A stretch of DNA of 60,000 nt, taken from the NCBI RefSeq assembly GCF_037042905.1, contig NC_087251.1, forward strand, positions 16,990,001 through 17,050,000. The letters are read 5' to 3'. The notes beneath the pieces are model-generated. The model did no database searches. It worked only from the letters and a program-made list of their open reading frames with translations, and was not told the DNA's origin. Of the stretch, positions 1 to 12,900 are shown one piece after another. Position 1 is the stretch's first letter. Each line of letters opens with the position of its first letter. Made by a program: the position numbers and the translations under genes. The DNA is from Lytechinus pictus. Its lineage: Eukaryota.

Positions 1-897
1 ACCCATCTGTAAGCACAGGTACACTAGCGCCCCCTCGTCTATGCATGGGTGACCTAGGCATTTATGTCCGAAAAATCGGCACAATGTACCGTGCTGACCG
101 GTATGATTGCATCTTTGAAAGGGCAGGGCAAGCGCAACTAGTTGGAACTGAGCTGAAGATAGCGGTTTGTTTTTGGTGAAGTTTTGTTTATATGCCATTT
201 TGACAAGAGTTACTGCAAACTTTTGTACATATCATAATTATCCTCTTTCATATCAGAAGGATACAAAAAAAATATTTTATATATGTATACATCATATTGG
301 TAATAATATTATTATGTGAGAAGTGAGATTTTTTATTAATAATGTCAATGGCGACAATAGTCAAATATGACTAATCGCCACTCAAACCAACATAAGAAGA
401 AGAAGATAATACTTGAAGAGCAGCCAACCAACCATGTTGAGACTTCCTACAATCTAACCATGGTACCTCCATGATCTAACTTGAATGTCAGTGCCCTAAT
501 ACATGCCAAGATCTCTTCAAAATATATCAAAACAGGAGGAGGAGAGGAAGAAAATATTCTTCATGTACATCATCAAAAGATGACCACAGCGACGAAATCG
601 GACTTGATCATCGCCCGTTCAAATCTGGCCTAAATACACAACATTCGCCCTTTCTTTCAGAAGGACGTTTAAAAATAAATTGAATATACATAAGTAAGGA
701 AAATTTGATTCTGTTTTGTTCAAAGTCTTGGCATGGCCTCTGGGATTCCATATTAAGATTTAAAACTAATACGACTTTAATTGTAATTGGATATAATTAA
801 TTTGGTAATGAGCAGGATAGTGTTGGGGCACTGTACACGTAGATGATGATGATAGATATGGAAACAAATTTGCACCTCCCATTATTGTACAACTCTG

Positions 898-1347
898 GGT
901 TTATTTCCAATTCGTCTAATGCGAATTCGTCCAATTGCCAACTCGTCTACTATCATTTGGTCTACCATCAGTTCGTCCACTATCCACTTGGTCTAATTGA
1001 CAACTCGTCCACTCATCACTTCGTCTAATAACCAGTTGGTCATATAGCCATTTAGTTCATATACCATTTGGTCTAAATGGACGAAGTGTTAATTGTGTAA
1101 AATGAATGAAAATGAACATGGATATTAGACCAAATGGTTATGATACGAAATGGTCATAGACAAAATGGTGATTAGACGAAGTTACGATTGGACCAAATAG
1201 TTGTTAGACGAAATGTTGATGGACGAAATGGCATTAGACTAAATAAAAGTAGACCATGTGGTGAATGGACGATTTGGCAGTAGACTAAATGAAAGTAGTC
1301 CATGTGGTGAATGGACGATATGGCAGTAGACGAAATGGTAATTAACC
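898..1347. mobile_element. Foldback/MITE-like element built from about 20-bp subrepeats in opposing orientation
   Basis: Termini GGTTTATTTCCAATTCGTCTA and the reverse complement of TAGACGAAATGGTAATTAACC match at 18/21. The left arm repeats TTCGTCTA/TTGGTCTA and the right arm repeats TAGACGAA/TAGACCAA. Confidence 0.75.
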
Positions 1348-4300
1348 TTTAGATGCACTCTAAATGATCCACAGTTGCACCTTTGAGAGTGCTAATGTGC
1401 TTTTCATGGTGTGGAAAAGACACTTGTCCCCTTTTCCGTCTTATTTACATGGGTTGTACGATTGATTCCATTCGAAATAGTTGTGATAATGTTGTTATAA
1501 GAACGTAAATCCGAACTTTCTTTTCTAATTAATGTCCATCTTGTCCTGCTGTCAAAATACTTCTCACATCTGGCCCTTAAATTAATTATTTGCTACACGG
1601 GTAATACAAACTGCAGAATTTTCATACGGTTATGGTCCGAATTAATTAATAAACATCATCATGATCGTTATCATCATTTTCTTTCATGATTCTCAGGGTC
1701 ATTCATTCAATCAAATGTTAGTAGGATGCATTTTAATCAATACAAATTTATTAACTGGCATTGGTTTCTTGCTAGACCAAGGGATGGTGAGTTCAAAGAG
1801 GATTTGGGGGATGATCTAATCTTCACGTTTCATCATCACCATTTTGAAGGAAGGATGAACATGAACTTCCACATTCTCATATAGGATGGCGAAATCTTAG
1901 CATTTCCAACATGCTAATCTTTCCAATCTATTCTTGTCAAACGCACTTTCCGTAGCACAACATGAGACAAGGTACATATATAGTTAGACGATCGACCTTC
2001 AAGCCTACCCCTTCCTCTGCATATCCCCCTCACATCATCCATCAACTACATCCTCATAACCCCGTGCTTCCCGATTTTGCGCTTCTCTAAAAATGATGGC
2101 ACATTGATGAGGAAGATGCGTTTAATATCAAGAATGACGGTACATTTTTGTGACCGATTACCGATGATCGCACTTGATCTGAATTGGAGGATTAAAAGAG
2201 ACAGGGTCTTCGTTAGTGACACCTTTGTGTGGTGACATTCCGGTTATGAACCTTTGGTAATCTCTTTCCTAGAACTACCTGCGAACGATCTTATTCACCA
2301 ACTGCCATGACTGACCATGATTAATGACATGAGTTAAACACTTCATTGAGAGATTCTTTATGCTTCATATTAAGATATTTATCAATATCATGGTATTACA
2401 AACTTGAGCAGATTATGCCTATTTGTATATTATCTCTTCGAAGGATTTCATAGGGGCCTTTGTGCATTGCCGTTTTGAGAAAACATATTGAATTGAAAAT
2501 CCTACAACATGTATATGACACTACATGATTGAGTGTACCTTTTATTGCAAAATTGGTTTACCTTATTGTTGCGTATAAGTTATGAATTCATGAATTAAAA
2601 ATTGCTCCAAGATATAGGAGTTTATTGACATGATGGTAACTAAAGTGTGTTCCAGGCTAAATCAGTAAAATACGAAAGATGTATCTAGGTATATTGTTTA
2701 TATAAAAGTATTGTGGAAGTATTGATATCAATAACTAATTTATTACCTTATTTACATTTCGAAGATTCGACGTAACGTTGATAAATATCATCATGGTGAT
2801 GTCGTACTCAAACCATAATACAAAAGTCATGTTCATAACCTCTCCATCGTCTCAAGTAAGATGTCTAACAAATAAAGTACAATTTTGCGAACCTGTCGAA
2901 ACTTTTATTTGGTGATTTCTAAAGCGGAAGATTTCAATCAAGATGGTATCTCGAAACATTCTCTTCTTATTCTCGGGATATTTTCATGACCATCGGACGT
3001 GTCAGATGTATATAAATAGTGATCTTGGATGATTCACAAGCATGATGAATATATTATCATAAACTCAATTTTCTAGTCAAAAGTGGAAATAATACTTTCA
3101 GTCCAATCATGAATTCCGTTCAGTTACCATGGTTACAATAAAGGTTTTATTCTATAAAGCTATGCTAAATAAGGTGTTAATGTTCGTAACATTTCTCAGT
3201 ATTTTAATCATGATACTTCTTCATGCAAAATTTCAACATACTATATTGCATACACGAATTAGAAAAAAATATATATATATAACAAAAATAACCCGAACTT
3301 CCCCATCGTATTCTGTTTATAGTCATATATGATTCTTGCATTATAAGATACCTAACCATTTTAGTGTAATATCACAGAAGGAAAAAGAAAAATCTGAGGA
3401 TACAAAATTTTATCTATAATTTCTATTTCAGTCACCATGAAATTTGTACCAATTCTTCCACTGGATTAAAAGCTGCAGATGTACGTTGATGCCTTTTAAA
3501 ATATAATTATATACTCAATTCTAATTCGGTTTTATTGTCTTATATTTTAAATTCTTGTACCAATAAGCAACTGAAATACTTAATATTGTATACATTAGGC
3601 CCCTGACATGAATATGACGAAAACTGGCGAGATTATTGCTTTTAGCCTGCAATCTATAAGTACTATAAGTATTGTCGCTTTTCGGGGAGGGGGTGGGGAT
3701 GGCCACCACAACCACGGATTGTATCAAACTGTTCTTTTTTAATGGACTATATGAGTCTTATTAACATGTGAACATTGCACACCTTACACAGAGGACAAGT
3801 TTTATCAATGGCTTGAATGAAACATATTATACTATCTTAGATAGTGGGCTGACAAGTAAATTGCCTCTGCCTTCATCTAGCCAAGGTGAATCCATTGACG
3901 AGGAAGTCCCCAAACGGTCTTCTTAAATAGATAGTCGGTAGATTTCATTTATTTGCGGTTATCCTTCCTTCATTTAGCCGTGGTGGAAAAGGGAAACCCA
4001 AGTTCAGCAATCTAGTCCAACTATCAGGCATATTGAGGGTAAAGAGGGGCGTCACCCCCGGTTATTTCCTGTCCGCCCCTTACTATGTCAAATACATTAA
4101 GATACCGCATATAACTTTGGGCATTCCTTAACGACACTACACGCAATGGGGGTGGTGCTACGTAAAAAATAAAGACAAATTAGCGAGAATTTCTGTTTTA
4201 ATGATAACATTATTGAACTGTGATTTTTTTTTTATTACGATTATTTCTATTTTTCAGTGTGTTTCGCAAAATTTTCATTTTCTTTTCAATTCAAGTTTCG

Positions 4301-5402
4301 AAAAACGTTAACATTTTATTTAGGAAAATAATATGTCATTCCTAAAAATAGTAAATTATTAGTTTATCTTAATCTCAATTATCATTATGTCATTATTACT
4401 TAATTACTATTATATCTTATCCTGTTCTGCCTATTCTAATCTTTTTAATTGTTTGTGAATTTTGTGATTATTATGTTAACTGAGTAAAAACCATTAAAAC
4501 GTAAGAAATCATAATCATACTCAAACACACAGCTAGAAATTGCATTATTTCAATCACATCACTCTTTCTTGAAAGACATAATTTCACACGAATTTGCGTG
4601 AAAATACCAGATTTATCTGAAATGTCTAGCATGTTTTTTAACGCTACTTTTTCCTTGATGAGTCCTTTTTCTGGGGAAAAATATTACAGCAATATACGGT
4701 AAAATAACTACAACATTTTTATCAGTCAAATTTCTCAATTGTCGTTGATTAATCACCACATGAGAATACCCAAGGGACATTCGCTCATTAATGATAAATT
4801 ATAACTGTAAATTTGTACTTTTATTAATTCCCTACATCCACTTGAACGGAATTATTTGATCTTTAAAATAAAACTACAACTGGTTTTATGATTTCTTTCA
4901 ATGATTCACTATTCCAATTATTTTGTCATTTAAATTAACACATAAGATAATTCCCTAATTTCCTCTCTCTTAATATTTTGATGGCAAACACGCCAAATTG
5001 CTCATTTTTTTATATCCGCTGATGGGCACAGACTAGAGACTTCGCAGACAGATAATAACCAGACAAACGTATACACTTCTTCACCATGTTAATGAGGTGA
5101 AGACTTTTATTACCTATACGTCATAGGCGGGGGAAAAACCACATAAGATATGATCGATCTTAATTTATTAGTAACGCCCTAACAACTTGTATATGTTTCC
5201 GCGTAAGACTGGAATGAATCTGAGCGTTAGATCTGTGTTACACGCTAAACTGTCTGGCAGAGTGCAATATTACTGCAGCACACTCTTTGAGACCAAGATT
5301 GGGTATAGTGAACACAAAAAAATATGTTAGATTCTGAATAGGAAAGAAAAGTAATAGTAAATTTATCAATACAGCAACAATAATGATAATAAAAAGTCAT
5401 GA

Positions 5403-5456
5403 TAGTAGTAGTTGTAGCAGGAGTGGTGGTGGTAGTAGTAGTCGTAGTAGTAGTAT

Positions 5457-5490
<34 letters not shown>

Positions 5491-5508
5491 CGTATAGTAG
5501 TAGTAGTA

Positions 5509-5540
<32 letters not shown>

Positions 5541-5541
5541 T

Positions 5542-5586
<45 letters not shown>

Positions 5587-5610
5587 GTAGTATAGTAGTA
5601 GTAGTAGTAG
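5403..5610. repeat. (AGT/TAG)n microsatellite
   Basis: About 200 bp of imperfect TAG repeat, followed by GAA/GAT runs. Confidence 0.95.
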
Positions 5611-5984
5611 AAAAGGAAGAAGAAGAATAAAAAAAGAAGAAGAACTCGATGATGATGATGAAGAAGAGTAAAAAGTATCGATTTTCATGATATAAAAAAT
5701 ATGGTCCTTAGAGAATAACAAAAATTTGATTAGATGGGAAAGAAATAAGATTTCACTTGTTTTGATATACCGTAACAAAATCAATCTTGGAGCAATTTAA
5801 AGTATTGACATTTGAACGAAACTGTATTATACGAAAGGTTTTTTATTGGTAACTCTACTTTGTCATATAGTTCAATTTCGTCACCTCTTTCATTTGCATT
5901 GCTTGAAAAAGTCGATGTAAGTGAGGTCATAAATTTTTTGTTGGTCGTGGGTGAAGGAGAAGGGAAAATTTGCCTAACTCTGCT

Positions 5985-6100
5985 ACACAGCCAGGTGAAT
6001 TCACTCTTTAATACCGCCCTCTGGTTGCTAGGTGAAGAAATACTCACCTGTGATTGGTCAGTAGTCAGAATGACAGACATCAATAGCTCTCCTTGATTGC
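5985..6100 (+). promoter_or_regulatory. Putative proximal promoter of the thrombospondin gene
   Basis: GC content rises upstream of the putative exon 1. Inverted CCAAT box (TGATTGGTC, 6051-6059), two opposed E-boxes (CAGGTG 5992-5997, CACCTG 6045-6050) and a CTCF-like site at 6014-6027. The TSS cannot be determined. Confidence 0.4.
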
Positions 6101-6495
6101 ACTGTCACACTTCTGCTGTACAAGCTCGCTGGGAAGAGTGGGATTCAGTGTAAATTCTGCAAGCACGCGCGCAAAGTGATTACCGCTAAGCTCCAAGAAG
6201 TGAAGATGGTCGCTTGGAGCATGTGAAGCTCCTAAGAAATCATATATCATTACAAGGAAACACTATATCAATTAACATTATAGAGTGACAGCGAGGTGGG
6301 CCTATCTACTTACCTGCCCAGCGTGTGGCTTGGATTTGTACACATCTATACTGGGATCTTATTCTTTGACTAGTTGGAATACATCGCTGTGTTGGTTAAT
6401 GAGGGAGATTCCTTGAGAGGCTAGACTCCAAATTGGTGGACTCAAACTAAGAATACTCGGATCTTAATTTATTCTCTTGATTCGCGAATAAGCGG
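6100..6495 (+). other. Putative non-coding exon 1 (5'UTR); start approximate
   Basis: Good donor GG|GTATGT at 6495/6496. The start-codon exon has its own acceptor at 6825, so an upstream exon is required. Confidence 0.5.
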
Positions 6496-6892
6496 GTATG
6501 TTTGACCATTAATGGATTGAAATGCATGTTCATTTTAGTTCTCAGAGTCAGTTTTATAAATGGAAAACCCACTGTTATACATATTGCTTGATATTCTGGC
6601 GAAGATTATGAATTTGTCTTAGATGTTACCCGGAGATGCCGTGGGTCCAGAGAAGTAGAAAGAGAAAATGCTGAATCGCATAAAGAGTCTGACACGTCTG
6701 ACACGATTCAACAACGACAATGGAATCTCGAATCGTTCATTTATAATTCGCATATCAAATTTGTATTTCATCGCTTGTTGATAAATATATATTTCATATT
6801 TCTATTTACCTCTTTTAACCTGCAGATTGCAAGGTAATTGGACCGTCGTTTTATCCAAAGTTTAACGCCTTGACTAGGCGGAAGGAATAACC

Positions 6893-6962
6893 ATGGAGAA
6901 AGTACGTTGCTGTTTCTCGTGTTTCTTACTCCTCACGGCGAGTCTACTGCCTACAATAATTG
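6893..6962 (+). CDS. THBS1: Coding exon 1: signal peptide [23 protein letters not shown]; the exon begins at 6826
   Basis: Polypyrimidine tract + TGCAG acceptor at 6825, strong Kozak ACCATGG, hydrophobic core, and a phase-1 donor G|GTGAG matching the next exon. Confidence 0.8.
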
Positions 6963-9900
6963 GTGAGATATTTCAAACTTATTTAAAGATTTTAAAGATA
7001 ATTATAACGTCACCATGGTCACAGATGTTATAATATACAGTTCGATCCCGTGTCTATGTGTTATTTATGAATTCCTCAGCAGTTTTAAATGATTGCGAAT
7101 ATGCTATTCCTCTGGATTTAATCTGCAATCAATTCAATTGGCTTGAAGGTAACATTTTGATCCTTAATGATACGGCTCATAAGTTACAAATAACCTTATT
7201 TGATTTGTTATAATCACATTCTTTATAAAGTGTTATCCATTGGAAACACTTCATGCCCAAGTTCACAGTCTTGCGGTTCGTTTGCTGGAAAGGTAATGTA
7301 CCGAAACTCATCGATTGCCATTCTTCAGTTTTGCGTTTAATGTTTTCACAATGCACCAAAACGATAGGAGGAAGGTAACAAAAAAAAAAAACAGGTACTT
7401 GTAATTGTTCAATTCTCTTTGAATGGTTCCTATAAATGATAAAACATAGCGCCTCTTTCAAGGGCATCTTACTGCTTTGTAGAATAGAACATTTAGTCAC
7501 GCTCTTATTGTCGACGTTTCAACTCTTTCTAGTTGACTTTTTTTCAAGTTTAATCGGAGATCCAATATTGACACAACAATCAAAAGGCATGAATATCTGC
7601 TTTAAAAATGTTCTACGCACTTTGAAGATAAATACAATTGGATACTTAATATTCGTAGATAGAGATTGTTGAATTGATTCTAGTCGGTTTACATTTTGTT
7701 AGAATTTGGCATCTACGAACATTTAAACCCAATCTATGTGAACTTCATCATGTTATTAGAATGTGAAATCAACTTTCGATTAAATTAAGAAATTCCTTAC
7801 AAACTTGGAGTGTTCAATTAGTCGCGGATACGATGGAGAATCATAAATTACGTTCTTCGCTATTCCACGAATTAACTAGAAAATTGTTGTTTTCCACTCG
7901 TAAAGTCGTATAATCATGATAACAGATTTTTCAGTTGATAATTATTGAAATGAAGCAAATTTATCGATGATTAAGAAATTATAATATTCCTGACAAAATC
8001 CACCATTAGACATGCCAGATGCGTCAATGATTTACTGAACACTACAGGCAAGAGGGTGGGCCAGAAGCTTGTCAAGCATATTGGTATATTTTACAGTTTT
8101 GTTGACGGACTTATAATACAGATGAAGCTGATTTGGGTAGACATATAGAACATTGATTTGGTATAGAACCCATAATACGAAAACTGTATACCATTTATCT
8201 TCTTCCTCGCAGCTCATGTTAATAGGTGCTTTGAATATCGCTAATAATTTATGGCTTAATATGCAGATAATAAACTGATGAATAGATTTTTTTATTCATT
8301 TATTCCGAATTGAAGAGAATTATGATAATCAATCTAGCTCTGCAACACCATTTTGTATTGGATAGTGAGTTCATGCGTTACGGTATGATGATGAGACAAA
8401 ATTATTTTGTCTGCCATTATAATTTTTGTATTATGACTTTGGTTTAATCTTGATTTATTTTGTTGCCGCCTGGCGTAGATCCAAAGAATTCCCTTTGGTA
8501 TGATGTGCCCAATCTCTTATACCCCCTTCAAAAGTAAGGATAAAAGATCTGTTTTCAATAACCTTTTTTCTCTCTCTCTCTCTTATTTCTACATTTTTGA
8601 AATATTTACTTAGTAATTTGTTTATTATTGTTATTTTTTTGGGGGGAGGGAGAAAACATTGACTGTATTTTTAGTGAAGACCCTTTATTTTTTCTGCCCC
8701 CTCCCCTTTTATGAAATCATGGATTCACCCCTGGCTTGTGCACATGTGCGTGTAAGTGTATGTGGTAAAATATACCCTCCAGAATTGTCCCCCACTCGGT
8801 GAATTCTTGAGTATTAGCGAAAAGAGGAAGAGAAAAAAAAGTCCGGCGACTTTGCGACTGTGTTCAAAATATCATTTCGATTAAGCGAATTACTAACCAA
8901 CAACTGTGTATTGGGCAGATAAATCCATTTGTAAACTTGACGAAGGGAGCAAGGGGCGCAAGGGAGTTAGGTTTCTTGATTACGACAGGTGCAAGTTTGA
9001 TCCTAATTGAGTGCTTGATTCCTAGTTAATAAACAATATCTCTCCAAACTAGCTCTCTTTCAGGACCATTGATCAATACAGTTACTTCTAAATCAAATTA
9101 TTTAACATCTTCAATAAAAATTTGATTTGAGAAATAATATAATTATTCTACAGTCTTGTTTAAATCTTTTTGTTCGTATGAACGAAAAGTGTGAGGTATA
9201 TTTATCGCGACGATACGTACTATAGTTCTTAAATTCAATTTTGGAATCTTATTAGGATGAACAATAGTAGCGCAAACTCTTGACAAATTATTCAAACTCT
9301 GTTCAGAACTAAATGGACGAAGTATTTAAGATTAACTTGAAACTGTGTGCCTCACAGTCTTCCTAGAGGTGCCGACGAAAGTCTTGAGCGTTTTTAATTT
9401 CATCGGATGGGGGCATCCATGAGCTTGCAAAAAAATCAAGGATATTTTTAGAATGATTCCTAAGAAATGTGTGTCGAATGAACACAAATCCAAACAAGAT
9501 TTCACTGTCATCTAAACTTTAATCTGCGTTCTTAGGTCTGTCATGTCTGTTATGATCTAAATATTCAAACTCGGAATGTAATATGATATTTAAAAAGTGT
9601 CCTCAGAAAAAGCGAAAGACGTTTCACTCATCATGCTCATCTACTCATACTTTTCTAATGAAGTTCTAGTGATCAGTTTTGTTTTTAAGCTTCAGACAAT
9701 GACTATCATTGGGGTCAATGGACAAAATATTGCCTTGCCAAAAGGTAATGGGATGGGTGGTGAAGGCGACGGCTGTGAGAACAAAAAAAAATGCCATGAG
9801 AGCAACTTCAAAAGATAGTTAAAATGGTTCATTCTCAGTCACCATTGATCTACTTTGTTCTGTTGATATGTTTGGACGACATGTGATCATCTAAAATTGT

Positions 9901-12900
9901 CATATGCCCTATTATACGTCTCATAAAAATACTTTATTTCATATCTTTGAAAATATAGAAATGAATGATCAGCAGCAATAATTAAAAGAAATATTTTTTT
10001 TTATTTATTATGCACTTTATTTCTTTAAGCTTCAAATCTTTCCTGAAAACCCCAAACATGCCAAAGTAGATTTCGAATATTGTTGATAGTCCAGAGATTT
10101 AACAGTTGCAAGGGTGTGATTTACTAATACTTTCTTTTTCAAATTTTTTCAAGTAAGTTCATACTTTTCATGCTTTTAAACGAAAATAGTATACATTATA
10201 ACAATGATCTCTTTCAATATCTGTATGGAAAATGCGATCAGTCTGTCATGATAGTGAAATATCGATGGTGTGACCTGAATCCATATCACTCAGACACATT
10301 TTACTGAATAATACTTCCCTCACGGAAATTCTGATACCACTTGACATTGTGATTAGTGCCATCCTTAATCATGATGACGAAATTTAACAGCAGCTTACTT
10401 TCCATAATGTTTTCAGGGGTTTCGGTTTTTATGCGCTTTTGTAATTTTAGTCTTGCATGTTCCACAAAAAAATTAATATAATGACAATGTGCCTATTCTC
10501 TTTACCTCTAAACTTTACCATGGACGTGATCACATCGCGACGCGTCGTGGTGCCGAAAGATATCGGGTAATTCTATAAAGTATGTTGTGTTCGGCCAACC
10601 ATCGACCTAATATGTGGCCCGACGGACCCCTTTATGGGACCTTCCTGGAATGTTTTTTTTCTGTTTCCTTTTTTCACAAGAAAGGTTGCAAAGCACTCAT
10701 ATTTTCATGATTTGAGCTGTCGTAAACATAGTAAAGTGAAGTTGAAATGAGAAAACTGAGGGTCAAAAATAGGGGGTGATTATTTTATGGATGTGCCGTA
10801 AACTCATCTGATCAAGTCTTCCAAAGGGAGCTGCTTTTATGGTTCCGGTCTCGGATTCACCTTTATCATATTAGACATTTTTAGTAGAAAATTAGACTGC
10901 TTTCTTTCTGCTCAAAAAGTATTTGAAGTGGGTTTTGTATCATTATGTCATCAGCGCTCACTTGTAAAAGATGAAACGTCAAAGCTCTAAACTCAAAAGC
11001 CTCTGCAGTTCAGTCAAAACCCAGATCTTGATTCGTTGGAGACCAATTAAGCAATGGGTCTTTTTGGAGGGAATAAATTCCTATAGAATAATTATTGTAA
11101 CACGGACTGTTGTTTGCAGTGGTTAGTCAGAAAAAAATAAGGCCAAAAAGCTAATTTTAAACTAGCAAACAAAGAAAAAGAAATATTTCGCCATTCCTTT
11201 GATAACCATTTTTGTTCTTTTTAGACTAAGACGCCAATACACATACTCTAGACGAATTTTGATCAATTATCTTGCAACGGGGCAGAACACAAACGGTGAA
11301 CCGTGAATAATTATCTTTAATCCACCAAAGTTGCTTTACGAAACACTTTTTATGGTGATCACTACGCTGTGATCTATTCACAATCGAACTAATGAAAGTA
11401 ATTTATTGACGTTAAGCAAGGTAGCTAATCCCGTGTGGTGTAACTTCCATGTTTACCAATTCTTCTGCTGGATCTAATCCATCCAGTGAACATGGTGAAA
11501 GCGAACCAAATTTACAATCTGCTAAAATACCGAGGTTTTAATACCAATCTGTATGTTACGCAACACCCTCGTAAAATTAGTTGTAAAATTTTATTTAATT
11601 ACTATCGGTAGGTTATCGTCATGACAAATATTGAGATATTTTTCATAATGAGAAAGTCACAATTTCACGGACGATGGTATGGATCACATCAGGGATTCCC
11701 GCCTTACAAGCAATTGCATTTTATTTATCCATGGTAATCGATCTGAAGTATAGAAAGCCAGCGACGCCATAATCTATAATTTTCATTTCCCTTCTCTTAA
11801 ATGTCTAACACATTTGCTAATGGCATATCAGCGTGCCGTTTTTCGTTTACAAAGAAAAAGGATATAGATTTACAAGAGTAATGGCATCAACGGCTTTCCA
11901 TAGTTACGGTTGATTAAATAAACCACGAGTCTTTGTAACCGTGGTTGGCCTTTGGAGGTAATACCACACCCCTGGTCGCATTTTTGAGGTTTTTAAATAG
12001 TGATAATGGCACCTTTTAAATCGGTATTCACAATCACGGGAAAAAAAACATCTATGGATGGTAGTGATCTCGTACAAGATAGGCTATAGGGGGAAACAAC
12101 CTAAAAAAAGGTGTCACTGACTGGAAGTCGACAACACCCTCCCACACACTACCACAGCTAACCAGGCAGGCAGAAAATTGGGTATCTTTCAACTTTGAGG
12201 GTCGCAGCTTTGACGTTTATTGGTCTATATTGTCCATTCGTTCGGTATATGGAAGGGAAAAAAATCACCATATTGTAATCATAACAATGAACACGCAGAA
12301 AGGAAACCTTTCAAGTATGGAATGCCGAGAACTGTATGTCTTTACCTCGACTTGCAAAAAAAAGGAAAATCCATCGAACAACCAGCAAAATATAATTTCT
12401 GCTGTAAAAATAATTGGAAGGCATGCTGAGAACCTATATTTGTCAGCAATGGAGATTTGTTCGTTTGCAGAAGGTTTAAGAAAAGTATGACCGTGATAGA
12501 GTATGCATTCTCTTGATTTATCATCGCTCCAGGGGTTGTTGTGACATACAAAAAAATATAACAACTAGTGTAATCATATTTGTATTGATGGACCAAAAAT
12601 ATTTGTGTCAGAAATTATAAGCATCAAAAAATGAGCACGTCAAACATCTCAGGGGGATGAATCGTCAATCTATAAATAGTTATTCTTGTTCTCGATTGAC
12701 AATTGAACAGCAAAAAATAACTTCGAGTGAAGAAATAAGAAGTGATAACGTCTTTATCAAACGCAACATTGAGCAGATGGACATTTTTATCAACTAAAAA
12801 TAATGATCATCTAAATTTGAAATTCCTCAAAAAGGCTATTACTTTCAGACATGCATATTATTATGCATACCATTGCAGCAATGTGTATTTCTAGAATAAT

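Noticed and set aside
898..1347. CRISPR-like periodicity
   Set aside because: Eukaryotic context, degenerate units without unique spacers, mirrored orientation, and no cas genes.
3850..4160. GC-richer stretch resembling a SINE body
   Set aside because: No clear A/B boxes, tail or TSD could be delimited by eye.
5383..5784. Poly-S/poly-V and poly-S/L ORFs
   Set aside because: Translations of the (TAG)n and (GAA/GAT)n microsatellites.
6831..6839. Donor-like AAG|GTAATT 8 nt into the start-codon exon
   Set aside because: Its use would remove the ATG and signal peptide, and nothing supports it.
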